Source: Calditrichia bacterium (GTDB lineage Bacteria > Calditrichota > Calditrichia > RBG-13-44-9). Taken from it: a stretch of 23,596 nucleotides of DNA. Positions 1 to 8,991 of the stretch are shown piece by piece. The notes below the pieces were generated by a model. That model was not told the origin of the DNA, made no database searches, and saw nothing but the letters and a program-made list of their open reading frames with translations. The stretch spans positions 1 through 23,596 of the forward strand of contig JARRQT010000013.1 of assembly GCA_037381445.1 (NCBI GenBank), written 5' to 3'. Position 1 is the stretch's first letter. Each line of letters starts with the position of its first letter. The position numbers were made by a program, and so were the translations under genes.

Positions 1-273
1 TTGCCCATTATCTACGGAATCGTTGGGTTCGGATGGTATAACACCACCTTTGATTTTTCTAGCCAACTGAATGATGCGGGATTCGCCGATGAGACAAAGC
101 AGGAAGTCGGATGGCATTTCGGGGCCGGCGTCGAGCTGCCGGTGGGCTCCAATGTGCGGCTGGCCGGCGACATACGGTACGTCTTTCTGAATTATGATTT
201 TAAAAGCGTTCCGGGGGTGGGAACCAAGAACAATTTCTACCTGATCGCCGGCAGTTTGCTGTTTGGCCTGTAA
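1..273 (+). CDS. Outer-membrane beta-barrel (porin/OmpA-like) protein, C-terminal part only; the 5' end lies outside the window
   Basis: Alternating hydrophobic/Gly beta-strands (YGIVGFGWY, GWHFGAGVELP, LAGDIRYVF, YLIAGSLLFGL*) typical of small beta-barrels. The frame is open from base 1 to TAA at 271-273. Confidence 0.75.
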   Translation: MPIIYGIVGFGWYNTTFDFSSQLNDAGFADETKQEVGWHFGAGVELPVGSNVRLAGDIRYVFLNYDFKSVPGVGTKNNFYLIAGSLLFGL

Positions 274-314
274 TCGTTTCGTCCTCTCTCCTTCGCTGCC
301 AAACAAAATTATTC

Positions 315-353
315 GGCCGGGCGGTTTCCCGTCAGCGGCGAAATTGCCCGGCT
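315..353. other. GC-rich stem-loop between the OMP gene and the antiporter gene
   Basis: GCCGGGCGGTTTC pairs with GAAATTGCCCGGC (13 bp with two G-U pairs), with an inner CCG/CGG pairing. No U-tract follows, so the function is unclear. Confidence 0.4.
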
Positions 354-452
354 GCGACTCATATACATTTCACCGGTCTTCCTGCGAAACCGGGCTCTTT
401 GCCTGGTATATTAATTTGATATTGAATGTTAATCAGAAAAACAGGTGATGTT

Positions 453-2318
453 TTGGCTGAAAATTATTTGGTACAATTGGCAGTCATAATTGTTTTCGGG
501 GTCGTGTCCCAGATGATCGCCTGGCGGTTGAGGCTGCCCTCAATTCTGCTGCTGCTGATCGCCGGTTTTGTGGCCGGCCCGCTAACGGGTTGGGTCCATC
601 CCGATGAAGTCTTCGGAAAGCTGCTGTTCCCGCTGGTCTCGATTTCAGTGGCGGTGATCCTGTACGAAGGCGGCCTGAATTTACGTCTGTCAGAATTGAA
701 AGCGGTCGGAAAAGTGATCCGCAATCTGATATCCATCGGCATCCTGGTTACCTGGATTCTCAGCACCGCTGCCGCATTGCTGATTCTGGGTTTGAGCCTG
801 CCGCTTTCCATGCTTCTGGGTGCGATTCTGGTTGTCACCGGACCCACGGTTATTCTTCCCCTGCTGCGCCAGATCCGGCCCTCGGGCCAGATGAATTCAA
901 TCCTTAAGTGGGAAGGAATGATCAACGATCCCATCGGGGCGCTGCTGGCGGTGCTGGTTTTCGAAGGCACCCTTGCTAGCGGTCTGGGGGAGGCCACCGC
1001 AGCGATATTGGGCGGGCTCCTGAAGACCATATTTTTTGGAAGTCTGATTGGCATTTTGGGTGCCTATACATTCATTTTCCTTTTGAAACGTCAGTTGATT
1101 CCCGACTATCTACAAAACCCGGTTTCCCTGATGATGGTATTCATCGTCTTTGCCTCCTCCAATGTCATACAGCCGGAGAGCGGGCTTTTTTCGGTAACCC
1201 TGCTGGGAATATTCCTGGCCAATCAGAAGAAGGTGACAGTCCATCATATCATCGAATTTAAAGAAAACCTGCGGGTACTGCTCATTTCCGTGCTTTTCAT
1301 TGTTCTGGCTGCCCGCATCAATATTGCCGACCTGAAGATGCTCGACTGGAGAAGCTTTGTGTTCCTGGCCAGTCTGATCTTCCTGATCAGGCCGGCAGCG
1401 GTCTATTCATCGACAATCGGATCGTCCCTCAGCCGCAGGGAAAAATCTTTTTTATGCTGGATGGCTCCCCGCGGCATTGTGGCGGCTGCCGTTTCTTCTC
1501 TCTTCGCTCTGGAAATGGAACGCGCCGGAATTCCTGAAGCTGGTATTCTGGTTCCCCTCACCTTTTTGGTCATTATCGGGACAATTGCCATTTACGGATT
1601 TACCGCCATGCCGGTCGCAAAATGGCTGGGGATAGCCAAACCCAATCCGCAGGGTTGTCTGATCCTGGGTGCCTATCCCTTTGCCCGGGCCATCGCCAGG
1701 AGTTTGAAAAGCAATGGTATCAGGGTGCTGCTGATCGACACCAACTGGCAAAATATTTCGGCCGCCCGGATGGAAGGTCTGCCGACCTATTACGGCAGTA
1801 TTCTTTCCGAATATATTTTCGATGACATCGATCTGACCGGCATCGGAAAGCTGCTGGCACTGAGCGCCAACGAGGAAGTGAATTCCCTTGCTGCGCTGTA
1901 TTTTTCAAAAACTTTCGGCACTAATGAGGTCTTTCAATTGTCTGTTGAGGAGAACGAAGAACAACAGAGTAAGGTGCTATCGAAGGATTTGAGGGGAAAT
2001 ATTCTTTTTGGATTAAATCACACCTATTCGTATTTGTTTGAACGGTTTGGTACGGACAGCACGGTGAAGGCTATGAACATAACCGACCGCTTCCGGGAAG
2101 ACATATTCAGAAAACATGCTGAATCACATAATATTATACCGCTGTTTTTAATTACCGACAATAAAAAACTGGTCATTTATACCAGTGAATCCGGACCGGT
2201 GCCCAAACCCGGACAGAAATTAATCAGCCTGGTAAATGAGAAGGTCAAAGTGGATTTGCATCAAAGCGAGCGAATTGAGCCCGGGCCGGATGTAGCGATC
2301 GAAGACGAGGCAAACTGA
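453..2318 (+). CDS. CPA1-family (NhaP-like) Na+(K+)/H+ antiporter with a C-terminal TrkA-N/RCK domain
   Basis: Many TM helices and the motifs ILYEGGL, VVTGPTVI, WEGMINDPIG and MAPRGIVAAAV. The C-terminal Rossmann-like domain reads LILGAYPFAR...VLLIDTN. The ORF opens at 426; TTG at 453 after AGGTG is the more likely start. Confidence 0.9.
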   Translation: MAENYLVQLAVIIVFGVVSQMIAWRLRLPSILLLLIAGFVAGPLTGWVHPDEVFGKLLFPLVSISVAVILYEGGLNLRLSELKAVGKVIRNLISIGILVTWILSTAAALLILGLSLPLSMLLGAILVVTGPTVILPLLRQIRPSGQMNSILKWEGMINDPIGALLAVLVFEGTLASGLGEATAAILGGLLKTIFFGSLIGILGAYTFIFLLKRQLIPDYLQNPVSLMMVFIVFASSNVIQPESGLFSVTLLGIFLANQKKVTVHHIIEFKENLRVLLISVLFIVLAARINIADLKMLDWRSFVFLASLIFLIRPAAVYSSTIGSSLSRREKSFLCWMAPRGIVAAAVSSLFALEMERAGIPEAGILVPLTFLVIIGTIAIYGFTAMPVAKWLGIAKPNPQGCLILGAYPFARAIARSLKSNGIRVLLIDTNWQNISAARMEGLPTYYGSILSEYIFDDIDLTGIGKLLALSANEEVNSLAALYFSKTFGTNEVFQLSVEENEEQQSKVLSKDLRGNILFGLNHTYSYLFERFGTDSTVKAMNITDRFREDIFRKHAESHNIIPLFLITDNKKLVIYTSESGPVPKPGQKLISLVNEKVKVDLHQSERIEPGPDVAIEDEAN

Positions 2319-2482
2319 TTCAAAATGGCAGTCCCCCCAGAAAAACAATCATGAATTTCAGTGCGGTGCCATGAAAAAAGTTGCCTTTTCAGATCTTCAT
2401 GGGTATTTTTTGATCGGAAGTATAATTGGGATTTGGCGGAGTTATCCATTCACACTCATCAAAAAGAAGAGGGAGTATCGAT

Positions 2483-3487
2483 ATGAAACACAAAGTCACA
2501 TTAATCCCCGGGGACGGGATTGGACCGGAAGTCATCCAATCGGCACAGCGTTTTCTCGAGGCTGCCGGCGCGAAAATTGAGTGGGAGACTGTCGAAGCGG
2601 GAACTGCGGCCCTGGAGAAATACGGTACTCCGCTTCCTGATAACGTGCTGGAATCCATTCGCCGCAACAAAGTGGCGCTCAAGGGGCCGGTGACAACGCC
2701 GATTGGCGAAGGCTTCACCAGCGTGAATGTGACGCTCCGCAAACAGTTGAATCTATACGCCAATGTCCGGCCGATCACCAGTAAATATGGGATTAGCAAT
2801 AAATTTCTGAATGTGGATATGGTAATTGTCCGGGAGAACACCGAAGATGTATATGCCGGGCTGGAACAGGATATTGCGCCCGGTGTGGCACAAACCCTGA
2901 AGATAATTACCCGCGCCGCATCGGAGAGAATTGCCCGGTTTGCATTTGAATACGCCCGGAATAATGATCGTAAAAAAGTCCATGCGGTTCACAAAGCTAA
3001 TATTATGAAGAAGAGTGACGGGCTTTTCCTGAATAGCTGCCGGACCATCGCCGAGAATTACAAAGAGATAGAGTATAAAGAAATTATTGTGGACAATTGC
3101 GCCATGCAGATGGTGATGCACCCCGAACAGTTTGATGTGCTGGTCTTGACGAATCTGTATGGGGATATTATCAGTGATCTGGGATCCGGTTTGGTGGGAG
3201 GACTGGGATTGGTCCCCGGTGTGAATTACGGCGAAGATCTGGCCGTATTTGAAGCCGTTCACGGCAGTGCGCCGGACATCGCCGGTAAAAATATTGCCAA
3301 TCCGCTGGCGGTTATTCTCTCAGCCGAGCAGATGATGCGTTACCTGGGTGAAGAACAGGTTGCCAATCATATCAAGCATTCCGTCATCGTCCTGCTGACC
3401 GAACGGGACCATCTGACTCCGGACATGGGCGGAACCGCCACAACGACCGAATTGACAGATGCGCTTATTAATGAAATCGTTCGATGA
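2483..3487 (+). CDS. Isocitrate/isopropylmalate dehydrogenase family protein, most like NAD-dependent isocitrate dehydrogenase
   Basis: Motifs TLIPGDGIGPEV, SVNVTLRK, IVRENTE, VHKANIMK, NLYGDIISD and FEAVHGSAPDIAGKNIANP. ATG at 2483 follows GAGGGAG; the ORF track start at 2426 is probably too early. Confidence 0.9.
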   Translation: MKHKVTLIPGDGIGPEVIQSAQRFLEAAGAKIEWETVEAGTAALEKYGTPLPDNVLESIRRNKVALKGPVTTPIGEGFTSVNVTLRKQLNLYANVRPITSKYGISNKFLNVDMVIVRENTEDVYAGLEQDIAPGVAQTLKIITRAASERIARFAFEYARNNDRKKVHAVHKANIMKKSDGLFLNSCRTIAENYKEIEYKEIIVDNCAMQMVMHPEQFDVLVLTNLYGDIISDLGSGLVGGLGLVPGVNYGEDLAVFEAVHGSAPDIAGKNIANPLAVILSAEQMMRYLGEEQVANHIKHSVIVLLTERDHLTPDMGGTATTTELTDALINEIVR

Positions 3488-3733
3488 TGCGAAAGTCGCA
3501 ATATGAATAGAATGCTTGTGGTGCATTCTGTCCGCCTTTTTAAATTCTGTGAAGCAGATTGATACCGATAAGAAATAGCAGAAACACCGGGAATTCAAAT
3601 CATTTGTGTCAGATCCCCATGGTGCGGTTACTTTTCCAGAAAATTTTCGGCCCACAGGTTCGCCCTGGGCGGTAGCTATAAAATGAGCCTAATTGATCGG
3701 CACTCTTCTCCATCTGTAAAATGACAGAACAAT

Positions 3734-4651
3734 ATGATCGAAGATTATCCCGTCTATCTCCACACTTTAAAAAGCGGAAAATTTGAACAGAAATTGAAAA
3801 AGGCGCGGTCAGTCCTATCCTCCTGCCGGGTTTGCCCCCGTAACTGTGGGGCGAACCGGCTCAAAGGTGAGAAAGGAGAATGCGGCACTGCTTACGAACC
3901 GGTCGTTTCCAGCCATTTCCCGCATTTTGGGGAAGAAGCGCCCCTGGTGGGACGCCGCGGTTCCGGCACCATATTCATTGGCGGATGTAACCTCCGTTGT
4001 CTGTTCTGCCAGAACTATTCAATCAGCCATTTGCTGAACGGCAGTCCGGTATCCATCCGGCACTTTGCGGAAATTATGCTGGAAGTGCAGGCGATGGGCT
4101 GTCACAATATCAATATCGTGACCCCCAGCCATATTGTGCCCCAACTGATTGAGGCGGTAAAAATCGCTGCCGAGGGCGGACTGCGCATTCCGCTGGTATA
4201 CAATTCCGGCGGGTACGACAGTCTGCTTAGCCTGCGTCTGCTGGAGGGGATTGTTGATATTTACATGCCGGATTTTAAGTTTTACAGTGATCAGTTGGGT
4301 GAACGCTACACTGCCGTGAGCGATTATGGCGCAGTGGCGAGGGATGCTGTCAGGGAAATGTTCCGGCAGGCGGGAGATCTCGTGGTAAAAAATGGCATTG
4401 CCGTCAGGGGACTGCTGGTTCGCCATCTGGTAATGCCCGGCATGCTGGAGGATTCCGGAAAAATTTTTCATTTTCTAGCGGATGAGATATCTGCGAATAC
4501 CTATCTGAATGTCATGTCACAGTACCGCCCGGCTGGGGAGGCCTGGTTGCGCCCCGAGATAGATATGCGGCTGGGCTGGGATGAATATCAGCAGGCCAGG
4601 CAGGCGGCCAGGGATGCGGGTCTGCGCCGATTAGATAATCGCCTGCTATAG
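3734..4651 (+). CDS. PflX-like radical SAM protein
   Basis: N-terminal CRVCPRNC, then HFGEEAPLVG, GSGTIF, the radical SAM motif CNLRCLFC(QN), YNSGGY, DIYMPDFKF and GLLVRHLVMPG. Confidence 0.88.
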   Translation: MIEDYPVYLHTLKSGKFEQKLKKARSVLSSCRVCPRNCGANRLKGEKGECGTAYEPVVSSHFPHFGEEAPLVGRRGSGTIFIGGCNLRCLFCQNYSISHLLNGSPVSIRHFAEIMLEVQAMGCHNINIVTPSHIVPQLIEAVKIAAEGGLRIPLVYNSGGYDSLLSLRLLEGIVDIYMPDFKFYSDQLGERYTAVSDYGAVARDAVREMFRQAGDLVVKNGIAVRGLLVRHLVMPGMLEDSGKIFHFLADEISANTYLNVMSQYRPAGEAWLRPEIDMRLGWDEYQQARQAARDAGLRRLDNRLL

Positions 4652-4675
4652 TCTGGAAGAGTGGAGATATGAATA

Positions 4676-5566
4676 TTATCTCAGGAAGATGATTGCGACG
4701 CCTGCCACCGCCACCGCGGCGCCGATCACCGCCCGCAGGGTGGGCTTTTCCTTTTCAATTAATATAACAAGCGGCAGCATGACCACCGGCACCGTTGCCA
4801 TGAGGGTGGCGGCGATGCCGGTATTGGTATACTTCACGGATACCAGAGAGAGCGTGACGCCCAGAAACGGTCCGAAAACCACACCGACTAACATCAGTTT
4901 TAAGGCGGCGCTGTCCGTTCCGAATAAGCGGCGCGGCTTTTTCACTCTTCCCAGCAGAAGAGAAATCGGCCAGAGCACGATGAGCGCGCTGAACATTCTG
5001 ACCAACGTTGCGAATATGGAATTCATCTCGGGGATCAGGCCTTTCTTGGCGAAAATCAGACCCACCGCCTGTCCGACTGCCGCCATAAAACCGAAGAACA
5101 CGCCGGTCAGCGAGATTCTTTTTCGTATCCCCGATGGGTCTGGTGTTCGTTCCGCCACCACCCACATAACGCCCGCCACCGTGATGCCTATTCCCACAAT
5201 GCCCAGAAAATTGATGGATTCACCAAGAAAGAGAAACGCCAGCAAGGCGGTAATGGGCGGTACCAGCGCCAGCAATACCATACTGAGACGGGCGCCCACC
5301 AATATCATCGATTGAAAAAGAAAGGTGTCCCCGATTGCCAGGCCGATAATACCGCTGATTCCCAGCCACACCACCGAACTGACCGGGGCGTGCAGATCGC
5401 CCCAAAAGCTGAAATAGGTGACCGCCAGCAGCAGCACCGCCAGCGGCAGGCGATAAAGGTTGACCTGCAGGGCCCCGATTCTCTTGCCGGCAGCCGTAAA
5501 AATAATAGATGTCAGAGACCAGCACATCGCAGTGGCTAAGGCCGCGATTTCTCCCGTGTATGGCAA
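4676..5566 (-). CDS. DMT/EamA family transporter
   Basis: About 10 TM helices in two EamA-like halves (GEIAALATAMCWS, LAIGDTFLF, LAFLFLGE, GPFLGVTLS, IEKEKPT). Confidence 0.88.
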   Translation of the reverse strand: MPYTGEIAALATAMCWSLTSIIFTAAGKRIGALQVNLYRLPLAVLLLAVTYFSFWGDLHAPVSSVVWLGISGIIGLAIGDTFLFQSMILVGARLSMVLLALVPPITALLAFLFLGESINFLGIVGIGITVAGVMWVVAERTPDPSGIRKRISLTGVFFGFMAAVGQAVGLIFAKKGLIPEMNSIFATLVRMFSALIVLWPISLLLGRVKKPRRLFGTDSAALKLMLVGVVFGPFLGVTLSLVSVKYTNTGIAATLMATVPVVMLPLVILIEKEKPTLRAVIGAAVAVAGVAIIFLR

Positions 5567-5716
5567 TTCAGACCTTCCCTAAACTCATTGCGTCCCACAT
5601 CAATTCTGAAATCAGAACAAACCGAAATTTAATACAATCATTTCACGAACAGGCAGGGAAAATAAATAATTCCCCAGGACGGCAGCGGAAGGAGAGACAA
5701 TTAATGCCACTGGAGA

Positions 5717-6070
5717 TTAATAGTCCTGATAATGAGCCATTCCCTGCGTCACCATCAGATCATTGATGTTGATCCATTTCGTTCCCTGTTCCAGCCACAC
5801 TTCCGCCAGGTAGCGCCCGTATTTCCCCTGCCGGTCCCTAATGGTCTGCAGAACAATCTCCTTATCCAGAATCTGGCTTCGCAGAAAATCCCGCGACTTT
5901 AATCCCTCCTCCCTCTCCGAACCTCTTACTTCCGGGGCATTGATCCGATACAATCTTATTTTCTCTTTCTTCAGCCACGCTCGGAATCCCAAATCGATGT
6001 CTACCGTTATAGTATCGCCGTCATAAACCGAGACAACCTCTGCCTTGTAATAATAGAGATTATCGGTCAT
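5717..6070 (-). CDS. Thermonuclease (SNase-like) family protein
   Basis: SNase motifs VVSVYDGDT, IRLYRINAPE, GKYGRYLA and INDLMVTQGMA. RBS AGGA lies upstream and there is no signal peptide. Confidence 0.85.
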   Translation of the reverse strand: MTDNLYYYKAEVVSVYDGDTITVDIDLGFRAWLKKEKIRLYRINAPEVRGSEREEGLKSRDFLRSQILDKEIVLQTIRDRQGKYGRYLAEVWLEQGTKWININDLMVTQGMAHYQDY

Positions 6071-6183
6071 TGATGGATCCTTTCCTGTTGGTGAAAATTT
6101 CGTTTATCCAGTTTACGCAATCAGGCGGATTTTAGCAAATTTACGGATCAACAAATCTGGTAATTATTTGTACCGATCTCCCC

Positions 6184-6207
6184 AATAACAATGCATTTAT
6201 TGTTATT
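6184..6207. promoter_or_regulatory. Perfect 9-bp inverted repeat, a candidate transcription-factor operator in a divergent promoter region
   Basis: AATAACAAT-GCATTT-ATTGTTATT lies between the divergent nuclease gene (6070) and cNMP-protein gene (6292). Confidence 0.45.
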
Positions 6208-6291
6208 ATACAATTTGAGACGAGAGAACCGCTAAATATTTCTTGAATCATGTCGATTACGATTCTATATTGATTAAAAATTGAGGCATTC

Positions 6292-6822
6292 ATGAAGAGT
6301 CTTTGGGAGAATATTTTTAGGGATAAAAATCAAACCGAAGAGAGCATCAGTGCCATTCTTAAGAAAATACCCATCTTCCAGGAACTGAAAGACAAAGAGC
6401 TTGAAGCGGTTGAGCGAATTTTGCACCGGCGATTTTATAAGCAGGAAGAAATCGTTTTCCGGCAGGGAGACGCCGGCGTGGGAATGTATATCATAGAAAA
6501 GGGCCGGGTGAAGATACGGCTGGAACCGGCCGGACAAATCGTCGCCCATTTGAAGGAAGGTGAGTTCTTCGGTGAACTCGCTCTTCTGGATGATTCTCCG
6601 CGTTCCGCTACTGCCATTGCCGAAAGCGACTGTAAAATGCTTGGTTTTTTCCAGCCGGATCTGTTTGGTTTGATTGACCGCAATCCGCGATTAGGCGTGA
6701 AAATTGTCTCCATGCTGGCGAAAAGTATCGGAGACCGTCTCAAAGCGGCCAACGAGGAAAATCAGGAAATGCGAAATCAATTGATGCTCCTGCAGGAAAG
6801 TGAAGGGCAGCCCGTAAAATGA
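6292..6822 (+). CDS. Stand-alone cyclic-nucleotide-binding domain protein
   Basis: IPIFQEL, VFRQGDAG, MYIIEKGRVKI and the phosphate-binding cassette FFGELALLDDSPRSATAIA. There is no C-terminal Crp HTH; the protein ends in a short coiled-coil-like tail. Confidence 0.9.
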   Translation: MKSLWENIFRDKNQTEESISAILKKIPIFQELKDKELEAVERILHRRFYKQEEIVFRQGDAGVGMYIIEKGRVKIRLEPAGQIVAHLKEGEFFGELALLDDSPRSATAIAESDCKMLGFFQPDLFGLIDRNPRLGVKIVSMLAKSIGDRLKAANEENQEMRNQLMLLQESEGQPVK

Positions 6823-7841
6823 ACCGCTACCTGAAAATGCTGTTTGTATTCATTGTTTTTGTGCTTGTTCTTTTCCTGCTCAAAGCGCTGGCCCCGCTGG
6901 TCAGGATTCTGATTATCTCCGCCCTGTTAGCATACATACTGGATCCGGTGGCCAGCTCCATGGAATCGCGGGGCTTGAACCGCACTCTTTCCACCCTGGT
7001 GGTGTTTTTGGCCATTATGACTATCATGGCCGGATTTATCCTGTTGCTTTTACCCGTCATCAGCACCGAGACCCGGGCGATTCAGGAAGGGCTGGCTGCC
7101 GGAAAAGCACAGGAATTTTTCTCAGGACTGGAAAACGTGTTGAAATCCAAACTGCAATTTCTGGGCATGGCGGATATTAACCTGACCGAAAGGCTTCAAT
7201 CCGTCTTCGGCAGTTTGGGCCAGCAGTTTTTCAGCTATCTGCTAAATGTTTTTTCGCTGGTCACCAATCTGGTCATTATTCCTTTCATCATTTTTTTCCT
7301 GCTGAAAGACGGCCGGGAAATCAACAAGCGGATTATCAGCCTGGTACCCAACCGTTACTTTGAATTCAGCCTAAATCTGCAATACAAAATGGACCAGCAG
7401 CTCGGGAATTACCTGCGAGGTCAGTTTATGGATGCGCTTATTATCGGTATTCTCTCCATTCTGGCCCTGTGGATTATCGGCGTCAAATATTTCATCGTGA
7501 TCGGCATTTTTGCGGGGCTGGCCAATCTTATTCCGTATATCGGTCCCATTGCCGGGGCCATACCCGCCATCATCGTTTCCGTCATGCAGACCGGCGATTT
7601 TTCCCAGGTACTGTGGATCGCCGTGGCGTTCATACTGGTCCAATTGGTGGATAACGTGCTGGTGCAGCCGCTGGTAGTGGCAAAAACTGTAAATCTTCAC
7701 CCGCTGCTGGTTCTTCTGGTGGTGATTGTCGGCGGTCAGTTCTTTGGTATCCTCGGCATGCTGCTGGCAGTTCCCGCAACCGGCGTCATAAAAGTGGTGG
7801 CACAGGAAAGTTACCAGAGCTATAAGCAATATAATTTTTGA
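6819..7841 (+). CDS. AI-2E (PerM/UPF0118) family permease
   Basis: LLAYILDP, FFLLKDG, YLRGQ, NLIPYIGP, QLVDNVLVQP, LHPLLV and GILGMLLAVP. The start overlaps the upstream stop (ATGA), implying translational coupling. Confidence 0.92.
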   Translation: MNRYLKMLFVFIVFVLVLFLLKALAPLVRILIISALLAYILDPVASSMESRGLNRTLSTLVVFLAIMTIMAGFILLLLPVISTETRAIQEGLAAGKAQEFFSGLENVLKSKLQFLGMADINLTERLQSVFGSLGQQFFSYLLNVFSLVTNLVIIPFIIFFLLKDGREINKRIISLVPNRYFEFSLNLQYKMDQQLGNYLRGQFMDALIIGILSILALWIIGVKYFIVIGIFAGLANLIPYIGPIAGAIPAIIVSVMQTGDFSQVLWIAVAFILVQLVDNVLVQPLVVAKTVNLHPLLVLLVVIVGGQFFGILGMLLAVPATGVIKVVAQESYQSYKQYNF

Positions 7842-8018
7842 TCCCCCGTTTTTTTAAACCATCTCTTAAATGCAAACGCCCTGCAGATAAGAATCATTAT
7901 CCTAGATTTTCCTTCCATTTCCTGAAATACACTCCAGCAGTGAGTTTTGAATAAAATATTTTAAATGCTTTTATTCCGCGATTCGATAAATTAACATTCA
8001 TAAAAACATGAATGCATC

Positions 8019-8990
8019 ATGGATATAAGGCCCGTCTCGCCTCAGGACTTAATAAAAGCAGATTTCTTCTCCTGGCATTACAATGTTTCAATCCCGTTTT
8101 TAAGCCGGTCTGTCCGGGAACGGGGCGTGCTTGTGCCCATCCGGATAATAGATGCGGAAACACCGCTCGTTATTGACGGCCAGCGGCGTCTGCTGGCCGC
8201 GCAGGAAGCCGGGCTGACGCAGATCCCGGCAATCTTCTTTAGGGAAAGCAATAGAAGCGATGCCTTTCTTTCCGCCCTTCATCTGAACATCTTTTCCGGC
8301 AGGCTGAGCATGATGGAAAAATTGCGGATCATCCATCATGCTGCGAGGTTTCTGCCAATGCCGGATATCGGGGAAATTGAAAATCTGCTTGAAATCGGAC
8401 GTTTTCCTTCCCTCTCTTCTTTGACACAAAAACTGATGAAATTGCCGGAATGGGTGCAAGAATATTTTCACAGGACGGATATTCAGTTGCGCCGGCTGGA
8501 ACGCCTGGTCAGCTATCCGTTCCGGGCATACGAGCCATGGTTCATCGTGGCGGAGGAGTTAAATTTCAAGGCGGCAGAACTCATGGTCCTTCTTGAACAG
8601 GTTCAGGATATCTGTTTGCGGGACGGAATTGACCCGGCGGAGCTGTTTTCCTCGCTTTCATTGAATTCCATCCGGAAAGGCCCGATGACTCCCCAGCAAA
8701 AGGTGCAGGAAATCAAGAACAGGGTGAATGAAAAAAGATTCCCGGTATTGATATCCATTCGAAGAACAGTGCAGCAAAACACCCGGGAGATAGAGAAGCG
8801 CTTTTCCGGAAACCTTCATATTGAGTGGGACAATTCACTGGAGCGCCCGGGAGTGTCCCTGAATTTGCGGCTTCGGAATCAGGATATGGTAAAACAGCTA
8901 ATTAATATATTTCAGGAAGAGGACGTCCGCTCCGGACTTAATTCTTTGCTGGATAAAATGAATCATTTACCTGAGGAGGAAGATAAGTAA
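8019..8990 (+). CDS. ParB/Srx N-terminal domain protein
   Basis: LSRSVRERGVLVPI and the arginine patch VIDGQRRLLAA, followed by a helical region of unknown function. Confidence 0.75.
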   Translation: MDIRPVSPQDLIKADFFSWHYNVSIPFLSRSVRERGVLVPIRIIDAETPLVIDGQRRLLAAQEAGLTQIPAIFFRESNRSDAFLSALHLNIFSGRLSMMEKLRIIHHAARFLPMPDIGEIENLLEIGRFPSLSSLTQKLMKLPEWVQEYFHRTDIQLRRLERLVSYPFRAYEPWFIVAEELNFKAAELMVLLEQVQDICLRDGIDPAELFSSLSLNSIRKGPMTPQQKVQEIKNRVNEKRFPVLISIRRTVQQNTREIEKRFSGNLHIEWDNSLERPGVSLNLRLRNQDMVKQLINIFQEEDVRSGLNSLLDKMNHLPEEEDK

Positions 8991-8991
8991 A

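Noticed and set aside
3734..4651. Radical SAM enzyme as a RiPP maturase
   Set aside because: The motifs are PflX-like, there is no C-terminal SPASM/twitch cysteine cluster, and no precursor ORF is adjacent.
7949..7976. Inverted repeat GAATAAAA...TTTTATTC upstream of the ParB-like gene as a parS or operator site
   Set aside because: It is low-complexity AT-rich sequence, occurs once, and does not resemble the parS consensus TGTTTCACGTGAAACA.
5717..8990. Prophage, plasmid remnant or defence island suggested by the nuclease and ParB-like genes
   Set aside because: There is no integrase, parA, structural gene, att-like repeat or obvious compositional shift, and the genes are interleaved with ordinary transporters.
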